DNA of 64,000 nucleotides from Octopus vulgaris (lineage: Eukaryota): assembly GCA_951406725.2 (NCBI GenBank), contig OX597814.1, forward strand, positions 133,424,001 to 133,488,000, given 5' to 3'. The translations under genes were made by a program, and so were the position numbers. Position 1 is the stretch's first letter. Each line of letters begins with the position of its first letter. The notes under the pieces are model-generated. The model made no database searches, was not told the origin of the DNA, and was given only the letters and a program-made list of their open reading frames with translations. Of this stretch, positions 1 to 13,968 are shown one piece after another.

Positions 1-2375
1 ATTAATAAAGATATTGGAGTATATGTTTATACAACATACATGTACACACAAACACTCATATACACACACATACACGCACACAATCTGCTTTTTATAAGAC
101 AAAATATTTTTCAATTTAAACGAAAAATGGTGAACGAAAAGTTATTCATTTTTTACTACCACAAGAAACATTAGGAAAACATTATGCATAGGAAATGAGG
201 ATTTACTTTATAATCTTTCACATTTATTACATATATAACAGCTTATCTCTACTAATTTCAGAAACATTCTTAGGAAATTTAACACTCACCCTATTGTGTA
301 CAATTTCATATTAATTTTAATGTGTATGAGTATGTTTGTGTAATATTTTTTTAGTTTGCTTCACCTTAGTATATCACTATAAATTAACATTTAAAGTTCT
401 AATATTTGATATGTTTTTTTTCCTTTAAAAGTAAAACGATCTATAATAATAAATCGTAATGTGCACGTTAAATAGTGAGAATAAAAACGGTGACTTATTT
501 ATTTTTGATACATTCCAGCTAGTTCGAACATGAATCTGTTAACTTCTATTATATCTTGTCAATGCTGGAAGCCTCTCGAGTTAAATATGTATTCAAATTC
601 TATTGGATTTATTTGCAAAAGGGGATTTGGGACACAGGTTGTTTATTCCACATTGTATCTCTTCAATCAAAATTACCTCGGACTAATGAGTCCAACAAGA
701 GTTTGTGGGGATCTTTTCCTTTTGATCGGCAGGTCGATAAATTAACTTTTTTAAAATCAAACACTTTCAAACTTCAGATACACTCGTTTGTGGATCGCGA
801 TGATAATTTCAGAAAAAAATATTTGCTGATAATTGCTGATATTTTCCAATCGAAAATATATCCTCATGTTCGCAGTGAACTGCGAGAATCGATTTTTGTC
901 ATGTATAATACATTCCGGGAGATTCAAACGTGATTATGTTAATCGCCGTTACACCTTCCCAGCACGCATCAACAAATAATTTGATTGCTGACGTTATAAA
1001 CTATAAAACGCATGTTAGATTCATTGACCCGCAGTAACTTTGGTTGAGAATTTGATCACAACGATGTCCATACACCGGATGCCCCAAAGACTGCTGGTGC
1101 TAAAGAATTAAATGTGTTGTGAACATATTCATCTGAATGGAAAATTTATTCTTCATTGACACGACATAATGGTGATTAGCGTATTCACGCTCGAATCTGA
1201 TAGAAAGTAATAATAATTTTTAAGATAAGCGATACTTAGCTTAGAAACTTGGGCATTGGTTGGCAGAATATTTTAACCCCTGCAAATATTGCTTTGGTTT
1301 CAGTAACTTTTGAAAAATATTTCTACTTCTCTTAAAAAAAAAAATCTTACGAAGCTGGTCTCAGAAAAATCAATATGCAAACGTTATAATGCAAGAGCTA
1401 CGTTCTTGAAAAGTATTTCGACACAGATTGGATATCAGATATAAAATAATTTCACTTCACCTATGCTATTGGTGTGCATGTATAGTTTAAGCATTCTATT
1501 TTACCATTTAACAACATAGAATAGTTTTTGCACTGATACAAAATTTGTTGATTTTCATTTGGATAATGACTTATTGATAAGATTCTGTAGTGTTTAAACC
1601 AATTTACTTATCACACATATATTGAAGATGTCTCAGCGGATTAACTGCTTAGTCAGGTCTCAATGAAAATACGCTTTTTTATCATTTAGTCAATGGCGAA
1701 TACAATTCTCATGTCCTTACAAGGCCTTAACTCTTAATTGTCCAGTCTCTTAGTCCTGTAGTTTACTACAAAACAGTTCAACGTAATAATCAAAGGATGA
1801 ACAACACAACTGATGCAAGCTGTATTAATGTAGGATATTAAATAGAAATGTGTTATCAGGAGATTCATTGTTCGTGAACTTAACATTCTGATTTTCTTAT
1901 TCCATAGAAAAGAAATAAAACATATACAATAACGATGCATTTCTAATGACAAAATATTGCTTAATATAGCTCGGCAGAAACATACTGACTTGAATAATAT
2001 TACAAGTCTATCAAATATGAATATGGTGAACTAAAGCATCCATGAAGAAAAAGTGCATTCACAAAAATTCAATTCAAAGAACCATTAGCCTCTCATATAT
2101 ACTGCTATAAATCCTACTTATCATTTTGTTGAACTAAAGCTAATTGACAAAAGAAATACATCTACTCAAAAATTCACTGGACTAGATGTTACTATAGGAA
2201 CCATCTCTTCTTACATTAACAGCAAATTTATATTTAGGCAAATTGTTAATAGAAACGTCCAGATTGATAATTAATGATACTATATGACCTAATTCTGTGA
2301 CACTATTCCTTATATGTCTTGGCAACTTAAACAAAATATGAAAAAACAATTCATTGCATACACACATAAACACGT

Positions 2376-2427
<52 letters not shown>

Positions 2428-2549
2428 GTATAAATTTGTATTGTATCCCTGGTTTTTATGTGCTAAGCCACTTGGTGTTACATTGATGGTATTATTAAAT
2501 TAATATCAAATTTCTCACCCTCATTTATGAATATATATATATATTGTTG

Positions 2550-2611
<62 letters not shown>

Positions 2612-2614
<3 letters not shown>

Positions 2615-2840
2615 GGAGTAAACACATAAATGTGAAACAAGGTGGAAAAAAGAGTACTCAAATACCAGTGGTAGGGTAATATACTTTATTTTAAGCAGCA
2701 GAAAATTCAACAAAATCTGTTACTCTGAGTTTCTCGTTGCCGTTCATCAGACAGTTTTTGCTAGCAAAAACTGTCTGATGAACGGCAACGAGAAACTCAG
2801 AGTAACAGATTTTGTTGAATTTTCTGCTGCTTAAAATAAA

Positions 2841-2846
<6 letters not shown>
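2612..2846. mobile_element. PLE pseudo-LTR remnant (family A) folded back on itself, embedded in (TA)n
   Basis: Begins CCGGAGTAAACAC directly after (TA)n. Bases 2679-2846 form a perfect spacer-less palindrome with a hammerhead motif on each strand. A second copy of the family is at 6901-7085. Confidence 0.65.
2766..2813 (+). ncRNA. Minimal type I hammerhead ribozyme motif (family A); mirror copy on the minus strand at 2712-2759
   Basis: CUGU-[CUGAUGA]-ACG GCAA CGA-[GAAA]-CUCAGAG-UA-ACAG. Stem I is CUGU/ACAG, stem II has a GNRA loop, stem III ACUCAGAGU is self-complementary, and the cleavage triplet is GUA. Confidence 0.75.
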
Positions 2847-2902
<56 letters not shown>

Positions 2903-2907
<5 letters not shown>

Positions 2908-4085
2908 TATAATTAGGGCTTAGTAAAATAAAATAAAATAAATTACTTTGCCACATACTGAACTTTCTAGAAATAGCAGCCAAAAGGTTTTTTAGCCATT
3001 TCCACTACTTTAAGAAAATTTCTCTCAGATAATGTTTACTCAAAAATAACTCACGAAGATATGGAGGTAAAAACAGTAAAATATCACAAGTACAAAGATC
3101 ATTTGAGAACGTCAACGTTTCTAGATTAGCCAAATAAAACTCAGCATTTCCTTCGTCAGCTCAACATTTCTTAATTTTGGATTTGAAAGCACTAAAAGAA
3201 TGAACATACCCCTCCAGCAACGTATCACCTCAGACGAACACGCTCAGACTGCCAGTACTAGCAAATTCAAAATGTACGAGCGAATATTCATGTTCTCTCC
3301 CCTTCCACCCACGTGGGTTATCTAGTAAACATATATTTTAACGGTGAGAAACCGTAGCAATAGAACAGAGAGAAAGGAATTATAATATCAACAATTGAGG
3401 GTAAAATTAATTAGTTATTAATCAATTTCACCAAAGTAATTTATTTTATTTTATTTTACTAAGCCCTAATTATATAATGTAATATTTTGAATTCGCCTTA
3501 AATGGTCCTTTTACATACTGAACACTACTTTGGTGAAATTGATTAATAACTAATTAATTTTACCCTCAATTGTTGATATTATAATTCCTTTCTCTCTGTT
3601 CTATTGCTACGGTTTCTCACCGTTAAAATATGCTTACTAGATAAACCACGTGGGTGGAAGGGGAGAGAACATGAATCTTCGCTCGTACATTTTTAATTTG
3701 CTAGTACTGGCAGTCTGAGCGTGTTCGTCTGAGGTGATACGTTGCTGGAGGGGTATGTTCATTCTTTTAGTGCTTTCAAATCCAAAATTAAGAAATGTTG
3801 AGCTGACGAAGGAAATGCTGAGTTTTATTTGGCTAATCTAGAAACGTTGACGTTCTCAAATATCTGAGAGAAATTTTCTTAAAGTAGTGGAAATGGCTAA
3901 AAAACTTTTTGGCTGCTATTTCTAGAAAGTTCAGTATGTGGCAAAGTAATTTATTTTATTTTATTTTACTAAGCCCTAATTATATAATGTAATATTTTGA
4001 ATTCGCCTTAAATGGTCCTTTTACATACTGAACACTACTTTGGTGAAATTGATTAATAACTAATTAATTTTACCCTCAATTGTTG

Positions 4086-4090
<5 letters not shown>
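2903..4090. mobile_element. ORF-less hammerhead-containing repeat (family B): one inverted copy plus about 1.3 head-to-tail copies (non-autonomous PLE or retrozyme-like)
   Basis: 2903-3440 is the reverse complement of the unit at ~3525-3985. Bases 3434-3580 recur at 3944-4090 (period ~510 bp). (TA)n flanks both sides. Confidence 0.7.
3798..3859 (+). ncRNA. Type I hammerhead ribozyme motif (family B); identical minus-strand copy at 3103-3164
   Basis: UUGAG-[CUGACGA]-AGG...UCUA-[GAAA]-CGUUGACG-UU-CUCAA. Stem I is UUGAG/CUCAA, stem III is ACGU-UG-ACGU, and the cleavage triplet is GUU. Confidence 0.7.
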
Positions 4091-4126
<36 letters not shown>

Positions 4127-4690
4127 GAAAAACTAAACTAAGAGCATTAGATTTCTTAGAAGAAAGCAGCAAATGTATACGAAAAAAAAAGGGACGGAAA
4201 AAACGGAGGAATGTAACACAAATGCAAATGCAAATAACTGAACATAACAACCGGTGCCTTTCGACTGAGGACAAATTAAATTAAGCTGGCGTGTATGGAA
4301 GTAAAGCCTTATGGCAGGGATTTGACTGGCACAGGGAGGAATATAGATGTTGTACGGATGGTGGTCGAACCAGGAAAGAAAGGTCAGGCTTGGCCGAACA
4401 CCGGTCACGTGAGGAGAGAAGAGAAAGAGGTAGAGGCACAGGGATAGAAGTATTAAGGAGGGGAGAGAAAAATGAAAGGGACAGAGTGACGTGAAGGAGG
4501 GAAAGTGAGCAAGAATAAAAAGCCAAGAAATGTGAGAGAGGAGGAATCATACATCTGCAAATACATTTCTAATAAATATGCATTTGTGTTTGCTTTATTT
4601 GCAACTATGAGTGTGTGGTTAAGTTTACATATTTAAATATTAATGTTTGGGCCGGGCCAGGAAGATATGCTGGAAACATGACGGGTATTT
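4127..4690. repeat. Diverged interspersed repeat related to 7270-7960
   Basis: Shares AAAAACTAARCT...AGATTTC..GAAGAA...AATG.ATACG and a downstream GA-rich tract with the 7109-8070 element. Confidence 0.4.
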
Positions 4691-4938
4691 AAATGTATAT
4701 GATTAGAAATTATTAGAAAGCCACGTGGCTGAAATTTCATTAAGATAATGTAATCTTCGATAATGTAATATTAACACTTCCGTTATCTGCATGCGGACAA
4801 ATGGATCCGAAAATGATGTGCAAGCGAAGGTAGTCGCTATCTTCCATTGAAGTGCCATCAGTGTCAAGAAAGCGGAAATTACGAGCTTCGCGTACAAGAG
4901 TATTTATTTGTTATCATGGAAACATATTTCCATGATAA

Positions 4939-4942
<4 letters not shown>

Positions 4943-4993
<51 letters not shown>

Positions 4994-5091
4994 TGTATGT
5001 ATGTATGTATGTATGTATGTATGTATGTATGTATGTATGTATGTATGTATGTATATATATATATATATATATATGAATGTATGAATGTATG

Positions 5092-5139
<48 letters not shown>

Positions 5140-5160
5140 CATACATATATATACATATAT
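4943..5160. repeat. Compound microsatellite (TA)n/(TATG)n
   Basis: Direct inspection. Confidence 0.95.
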
Positions 5161-5899
5161 TTGTATTTTTGCGATGATGTATATGGTTGGCGAGTGTTGT
5201 AGATTTACTATGTGTTTATCGTATTTAAAAGAGTGGAGATAAGTGGCAAATCGTTGCTTAAAGACTTTGTTGATCCTATGTATATGGCTGTAGAGTTGTG
5301 TAATTGGTTAAGGACCGTACAGATATACTCTATACTTTATCGTGTTCCATAATTGACTCAGGCACTTCCCTACCGCAGTCAACGCCCAATCTGCAAACTG
5401 TTCCTGAAGGAGAGCACTCCAAATATTAAAGCACAACTCTCCAACACTGCTTAATAAGCATAACGAGGCATTAAGCACATGCAACCACCGCTTTTATCAC
5501 ACATTCAAAGTCTATCACAAATACAAATGCCAAAATGACCATATGGTAAATGTTCCGCATTCATTCTTAGGTAATCCTATTAACCAATACATTTATATTC
5601 TAACTTATAACCCATATCTAGTTTCTCACATATGCAACCATCTGATTATATTCGTTTACATTTATACACGTACACACCCATGCGCGCGTATATACGTACG
5701 AGTGAGGGTATGCATGTATGCATGCATGTGGGTATATGTAAACATTTAAACACATGCAAAATTTAGATAACTGCACATGTACGAACGATGATACACGAGG
5801 ATTGTATTTGTAACTGATCTCTATAACTTATCTTATACACATGTATTTACATCTTCACTTAAATATTTTCTCAGAAAAATTAACACTGCTATTTCCTTA

Positions 5900-6860
5900 A
5901 TTCTTAATTCCTCATATATTTGTCTCACAATTAATAGCTACTATTGCACTTAGTACTTCCTCTACCTCCCCCACCCACATTCCTCTATCATTTATACTTT
6001 ATACCTTTCTCTCTCTATCACCACTCCTACTTTCAAACTATCTCCACTGACCACTGACCAACCTATATCTAAATTTTTCTTTTTTCTTTTCCCTATTCTC
6101 TTTATTCATACCTTCAGGGATTTTTCTTTATTTTTGTTTCTTCTTTCTCTTTAATTCTTTCTTTCTCGCCTCCTCTTATCTCTGGTTTTTCTTTTTTTTA
6201 TTTTTATTTCTTTTTGTCTTTCTTTGTCATTCCTCTCTTCTTGTTTTCAATTGGACCAATACACTCCCTATTTCTTGATCAGTTTAGATACAAACCTGGA
6301 ATCTGCTCTATTCTATATAAATTCCCTACTGGGAATGACTAACTTTAAAAGAATCTTACATTGTTTATAAACTTTACATCAGGATGGACTCATATTAAAC
6401 TCTCTTGGACTTTGGGATTTTACTCAAAGGATATTGGAATATTACACATATATACCATTATGCCTATAAAACGGACTTATGAACTCAATAACCATACATA
6501 TCTTACATCTATCTTCTTTCCTCCACCTCCCTTTCTACTTGTATCACATCGAAACTGAATATGACTTAATTTTTCCTCTCACACCGTCTCCGATGAAGGG
6601 ATATTATTATTTAATATTCTAGAAACAGCTATAAGACGTTCTATTCTATCTATAAATGCTCTAATATTTATACAGCCTTGTTTTTTATATCTCATTACGC
6701 AAAAAATTCATATATACACAAGATGACATGGAACCAACGTTGAACCATTTATTCGCAATATTACCGAATCTGGAACTTAACTATGGTCTGTCTATAGCAC
6801 TTATTCAGCATTACCTGACACTTTTGGGTCTCAATGACACCATTATCTCTTAAACCTCAA
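5900..6860 (+). mobile_element. Degenerate PLE 3' region / pLTR (family C)
   Basis: A pyrimidine-rich tract is followed by a hammerhead motif at 6585-6638 and then (TA)n. A related copy lies at 10550-11345. Confidence 0.4.
6585..6638 (+). ncRNA. Degenerate hammerhead motif (family C)
   Basis: CGUCU-[CCGAUGA]-AGGGAUAUU...AAUAUUCU-A-[GAAA]-CAGCU-AUA-AGACG. Stem I is CGUCU/AGACG and the inferred stem III consensus is ACAGCUGU. U4C and G16.2A substitutions suggest it is inactive. Confidence 0.6.
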
Positions 6861-6900
<40 letters not shown>

Positions 6901-6902
<2 letters not shown>

Positions 6903-7085
6903 GGAGTAAACACTTAAATGTGAAACAAGGTGGAAAAAAGAGTACTCAAATACCAGGGGTAGAGTAATATGCTTTATTTATTTATTTAGATATGCTTTTA
7001 TTTTAACAAAACTGTCCGACGAACGGGAACGTGAAGCTCCGAGTAACATGTTTTGTTGAATTTCTGCTGATTTTAAATAAAGTAT
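6901..7085. mobile_element. Second family-A PLE pLTR remnant with hammerhead motif at 7005-7057 (+)
   Basis: Same CCGGAGTAAACAC start after (TA)n. The motif reads UGU-CCGACGA-ACG GGAA CGU-GAAG-CUCCGAG-UA-ACA; stem II ACG/CGU is intact and the core is mutated. Confidence 0.6.
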
Positions 7086-7108
7086 ATATATACTATATAT
7101 ATATAGAT

Positions 7109-8065
7109 AAATACAACATGGACAAGAACGTATAACTCTTAGAAGACGATACAATAAACACGGACAGGACATTCGAAACCCTCAGTCTTCAGTCAAGAAC
7201 CGGATCATCGTAGTAATTTCGGCTGATTAATCTTGAGATTACTAGATCACGGCCAGCCCTCCAAGAAAAACTAAGCAACGAGCATTAGAAAAACTAAGCT
7301 GGAAGCGTAGATTTCCTGGAAGAAGGATCGAATGCATACGAACACCAAGACAGCAAAAGGGACAGATATAAAAAAACAATAATGGAATACAGAAACATGA
7401 AATACAGAAGCATTAACGGTGAAAACAACAAGTGTCTTACGACTGATAACAAGCAAACAAATTTTTTCTCTGGCGCATTGGAAGGAGCCTTTATAGCGGC
7501 GGACGAAAAACAACGATGTTAACGTGACGACGGTCAGAAGCTGAAAGGCAGATTTCAGCCAGCAGTCACGTGACAGAGAAGAGAGTAAAGAAAAGAAAGA
7601 GAAGCAAAGGAAGAGAGAGAGAGGAGAGAGAGAGAGGAGGGACAAACGCAACAAAGAGAGAGAAGAGAGAGAAAGAAGGAATCAGAGAGGAGAAGGGATG
7701 GGTGTCGAAGATTGACCTGTGAGTGCAGAGCGAGACAAAGAAATAGGAAGGTAGTGGAAGATTAGACCAAAGAATCAGAGGAAAGAGAAGAGAAAAAGAG
7801 GATGAGTAGAGAGAAAAGAGAGGAGAGAGAAGAGAGAGAGAAGGGGACAGATCAAGTAAAAATGAGAGAGAGAGAGAGACAAACAGAGAGTCGTACCAAT
7901 TATTAAGAATATGTGCTCACATTAATGTTAAGAGGGTACGGGGCGCCTGGAATATATGCTAAGGTATGTAGAAAAATACAACATGGACAAGAACGTATAA
8001 CTCTTAGAAGACGATACAATAAACACGGACAGGACATTCGAAACCCTCAGTCTTCAGTCAAGAAC

Positions 8066-8070
<5 letters not shown>
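7109..8070. mobile_element. ~960-bp element bounded by identical 97-bp direct repeats (pLTR-like), flanked by TA-rich microsatellite
   Basis: 7109-7205 is identical to 7974-8070. The interior is GA-rich with no convincing ORF. Confidence 0.6.
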
Positions 8071-8130
<60 letters not shown>

Positions 8131-9029
8131 CTGCATGATGGTAAAGTGAGAAGAAAATAAATATCGCTATGCTTTCAGTGTATGGAAAATTGGTGGAAAT
8201 CTACTGACAGAGCGTTTGAAAAAATGTACACGGCACCCTTAGCCCAAAAATATTATATTAGGCTAGCACGTTAGTTCTTAGCCTAAATTGCATTTTTATT
8301 ATTTTGGTCATTGAAATCTACATTTTGATGCAGCATAAATCAGAACTGAAATAAGTTTTAAGATGTAAATTCTGGATGTATTTGAGGCAACAGCAATTTA
8401 AGCCGATTCGTTTATTCTTACGAGATGCCAGGAGTTGTAATATTTATTGTTCTTGTTCTATTCATCATTAATTTAGGTGATAGACAGTTTAATTTTTATA
8501 CCGTAACCTTTCGCTCTTGATTTGTATAATTTTCTTTAATTTTGTTTATTTTATGCATCCCTAATACTTAAATTATCAAATTTGTCAAACATTTGTCAAA
8601 CTTTTTCAAAAAAAGGCAGATCGTGTGAATTTTCCCAAACATCTCTTTACATCATCTCGGAAACATTATTTGCCATAAATCCTTATATACTCTGAAGCCA
8701 CAACATCTAAGCGGTATTTGTAGAAAAAATTGTTAAAAAGTATCCGTTTCTCTGGATGTTATGAGGCAGCAAATTCAGGAGCGTATACATCTCTAGTAAT
8801 ACCCTTTTATTTATACGATTTTTTCGTTTTATATGTATTTCATTCATTGTTAGCAGTGTTCTCTCTCCCCTTCTCTCGCACACAGGCACAGAAAAGCTGA
8901 CAGGCTGCTGAATTGTAATCTCTATGTTACTCTGAGGGGAAGGTAAAACTTCACAAATTGCTTCTTCTTCTGTTGTTGGAATACCGTGATGTTTGTTTAA
9001 AAGAGAGATTATAACTGCGATAAAATAAT

Positions 9030-10549
9030 GAATGATATAGGTATTATATATATTTCTACAATTCGAATAATTTCAATGAGTAGTTAATTCAAATGATTAG
9101 AAATTGTCGGAAAAATAAATTTAATAACGTACCAAGATTATGCAAATTCATAAACCAAATGGGTGGTCATATGACTGGTCGGACTGCACTGTTTTATTTT
9201 ATAATCGATCATTGTTACACATTAATTCGATATGAGAAAGCGTTGTAGTATCAGCATAGTTACTAGATCAAAGATCGTATTGCTTCATCAGCAAAACGTC
9301 TCCTTCATGAACATTAATAAGCAATTAGGATGCAGCAAAACGGCTTGTGTCCAAGCAAGCAAGCTTTAGCAAACCACTGGCTAATACAAAGATCGGCAAA
9401 TAACGGGCGCTCCGACATAAGCAACAATACAGACGGATCGGCGAATTCATAGGCTCTCTGAAGATAACTGAATGCTAACAGCAGTGGACACTTGCAAGCA
9501 ATTAGCTGATGAAACTGACATTAGCTTTGCACCATAAACTGTCGGAAACTGCCTAAAAGAATTTGAACTGTTCAACCAGATCGCTCTAAAAAAGGCGATA
9601 ATTTCCGAGACGAATCGGCGGAAGCGGATCAAGTTTGCTAAAAGCAATATTAAATGGACGGCAGAAGACTGGTCAAAAGTTCTTTGGAGCGACTAAACCC
9701 ACTACTGCATCTTTGGATAAGATGGAAAGACTTATTTTAGACGCCGTCCAACTGAAGAATTTCATACTGTGTCGAGAAAACGGCGCAAGCCAGAGGTGTG
9801 TATGTGTGTGTGTGTGTGGGGGGGTAATGGTGTAGACCGCTTTCAGCAGCTTAGGTGTTGCTCCAGTTGTTAAGGTTGATGGCAGACTGAACAGTGTAAG
9901 CTATCTGCAATTAGTAAATGAAAATGTGCTGCCATATTTAAATAATCAGATGACACTGGGATCTATTTTCCAGCAGTACAGTTGCCCCGTTCATAAGGCT
10001 ACGAAAGTTTTGTAATATTTTGAGTGCAATAATATGGTGGTTATTGAGTGGTCTCCGCAGAGTCCGGATTTGAATCGCACAGAAAGTTTATGGAATTATG
10101 TTTCTAAAAGAGTCCATGCTAAAAAAAAAACAACAACAAATTTGTCCCAATTATATAATTTTATTGAAGCAAAATAGCAGAACATTCCAAGTGATTTTTG
10201 TAGTCATTTGTCAAAGTCCATGTCCAGCAGTTGGTAAACCGTAATTGAGAACTAGATACTAATAATAAATTTTTGCTTGTTAATCATTTGCGGCATACAT
10301 TTTCAATTTAAACAAAATAATGTTGATACGGTCTTAAAGTTATTTTGCCGACAAATTCTAATTATTTGAATTTATTGCCCATTAAAACTATTCAAATTGT
10401 AGAATGATATATAGCACCTATATCATTGGAAAGAGAAACAATTCTACTTAAACTTTAAAAATGTAAAATAATATTATATAGTTTTGTTAAAAATAAATTA
10501 ACGAAGGAATAGAACTGTTATCCTCGGTCATAAACTTACTTTGGCCAGT
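9030..10549 (+). mobile_element. Degenerate Tc1-like DNA transposon with long TIRs
   Basis: Frameshifted transposase motifs WTAEDWSKVLWSD, IFQQYSCPVH (for FQQDN.P.H) and EWSPQSPDLNRTESLW (for WPPQSPDLNPIENLW). ~9030-9130 is inverted relative to ~10325-10428, and the right end is ...GGCCAGTG-TA. Confidence 0.8.
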
Positions 10550-11345
10550 GTATCTCTCCATATTAGTGCCTTTCAAACATATCACCCCACATCTCACTTC
10601 TTATACATATTCCTTCCATACATTCTTGTCTCTTCCTTCTATCCCTCCTTATATTCCCTTAATAGACTGACAACTATCCCCTTCCCCCACAATATCTTGA
10701 CCACCATCTTGAACTCTTTTCATTTACTCTTCCACTTTCTTTCTTCTTCCCTACTCTATTCCTTTTTGACCAATACTTTTCTCCTACTAACTTACATATC
10801 TATTTTCCTCTCCCTACCAATACTTCGTCAGCATTTCCTTCATACTACAAGACCCTATTGAATGAACAGCATATGGAATTAATGTCTCCACACTATCCAT
10901 CTGTAATAACAAAATATGAACTTCTATTGCAATTTACATACCTTGGACAAGAAGCTTTTCTACCCATTCAACACAGCACTTTCCTTGGATAATGGAACTA
11001 CAACCGTAATATCCAGCATATATATTTTTTTTATTCTATTTTCATTTAGACTTCATACATCTCTCCCTTCACCGAATAAATTCTTATATTGGACACTACC
11101 ATTTCCCTCTAACTCTCTCATATCGTCTCTGATTAAAGTATATCCCTCATATCCTAGAAACGGCTGTAGGACATCTTTCTCGTAATAAATGCCCTAGAAA
11201 TTTCACACTGCATTGTTTTTTTTTTTTTACTTCATTTTACTTAACATAAACCTGCTCTCACACTTTAGACTCTTTACTTAAAGTAATATTGAACCGGGAG
11301 TCTAACAACGGTCCTTCCGTGGCACTTACCTAGCCTTACCTGTCA
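10550..11345 (+). mobile_element. Degenerate PLE 3' region (family C) with hammerhead remnant at 11124-11173
   Basis: GUCU-CUGAUUA-AAGUAUAU...AUAUCCU-A-GAAA-CGGCU-GUA-GGAC, followed by a downstream ATAAATGC.CTA block that also follows the 6585 motif. Confidence 0.45.
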
Positions 11346-11375
11346 TTTTGAATTTCTTGAATACAAAACCTCTCA

Positions 11376-12480
<1,105 letters not shown>

Positions 12481-13283
12481 TGTGATTTGCTTCATTTAAC
12501 TTAAATATATATATTTTTTTATTTAGTTCTGAAACGTAATCCTACTAAATGTATAGTCATTTAACTTTATATAGAACATCTTTCTTAGTGATGGTTATCT
12601 TTCTTAAGAATTTAATTTAGATTTGTCTTTAATTTTGCTAGTCGTCCTCTATGTGCTACGTATACTTAGACGTATCACCGATCAAATTGCAATTTTATTT
12701 CGACCAGAATAACACAGTCAGACTATATATATGAATGTACATTTAGCATTCACCTGGTTACTAAAAATGTAGTAGTAAACAGGCTTTGTGTACTGCTTTT
12801 ATTCCTCCTCTAGTTGCTGGATGTATCAGGCGACATCAGAGATCGAAATTACAATCTTAATTTGGCGTGATATATAACTCCTAAATAGGTTATTTAAGTA
12901 TACATTCCTATTGCTTAAAGAAAAGTGGAACTGGTCACAGAAAAATACTGACTGGAGACCTAAGCTTCCTACTGCTTTACTGATTTACAACGTTTACTAA
13001 TCTCTGCCATAGCATTACAGGTTTGATAAGAATAGAATGGAACGAAATTCTTGTTTCTCTGTAGGATTTTATTCCATCAAATATGGAACCGATTATATAT
13101 ACATACTGCAGCATGCAACTGTTTGGTAACGCTATTTTATTTAAACACGTGTAGCTGATTAAATGTCTGTTGAATCTTCATTCATTATGTTTTTTCTAAT
13201 ATATTCTGCATTTAAGATACAATTTTTGCGGGGGATTAGTAGAAGTATTTTTGGGGATATAAAAATATAACTATGTGCTGATG

Positions 13284-13564
13284 TTACCAAATCCAAGCTT
13301 AACGGTTACGATGGAATTTTGTTCCGCCGGGGTTTGTAGGACGTTCTCATTGAGCTCTACAGATCTTCGAGGGCGAGGCTCTTCTTCTAAGCTGTAGTTT
13401 CCGGCTCGGAATTTCTGGAAATATCGTTGTCCCTGGCTACGATTATTGTCTGACGCCCATATATTGCATTGATATTGCTCCCACTTTCCGTTGCGTTGTT
13501 GCCTTGATTGAGATCATAGAGCAAAATATGCCGAATATGCACCTTTGTCACATCTTTTATAGCT
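13284..13564 (-). repeat. 281-bp inverted duplicate of part (14148-14428) of the neighbouring mariner
   Basis: Reverse complement matches with one visible mismatch, and the ORF track shows the same peptide on both strands. Confidence 0.9.
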
Positions 13565-13968
13565 GATTGAAACAGCAACCTACATAGCTTATGGTGTCAT
13601 TAACTGTACACTTTAATTAGACAGGTTTGATCACTATACAGAGGTATTCGCCTCGATATTCCTCTGTGTAACATTTTCTTCTGTGTACACACACATGCAC
13701 ATGCGTGTGGGTGTGAGTGTATGTGTCAGTACGTGAGTGTGTATGTATATGTGCTTGTGTGTGTGCCTGTGTCTGTGTGTGTATATGTGTGTGTGTTTGT
13801 GGTGTAATCGTATGCGAATACGATTGACTTGAGGGGATGTTTCCTAGTCATACAAAGTATCGTATGCATAGACAATCAATTGATTTATATAATAAGTTAG
13901 CACTCAATCATTCTCTCCAGACCTTCAAATTTATTATTGCAGATTCTCATAATCTGCTATAGTTTGTA

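Noticed and set aside
530-933. Overlapping 71-aa and 125-aa ORFs
   Set aside because: No recognisable motif or splice context; consistent with chance ORFs.
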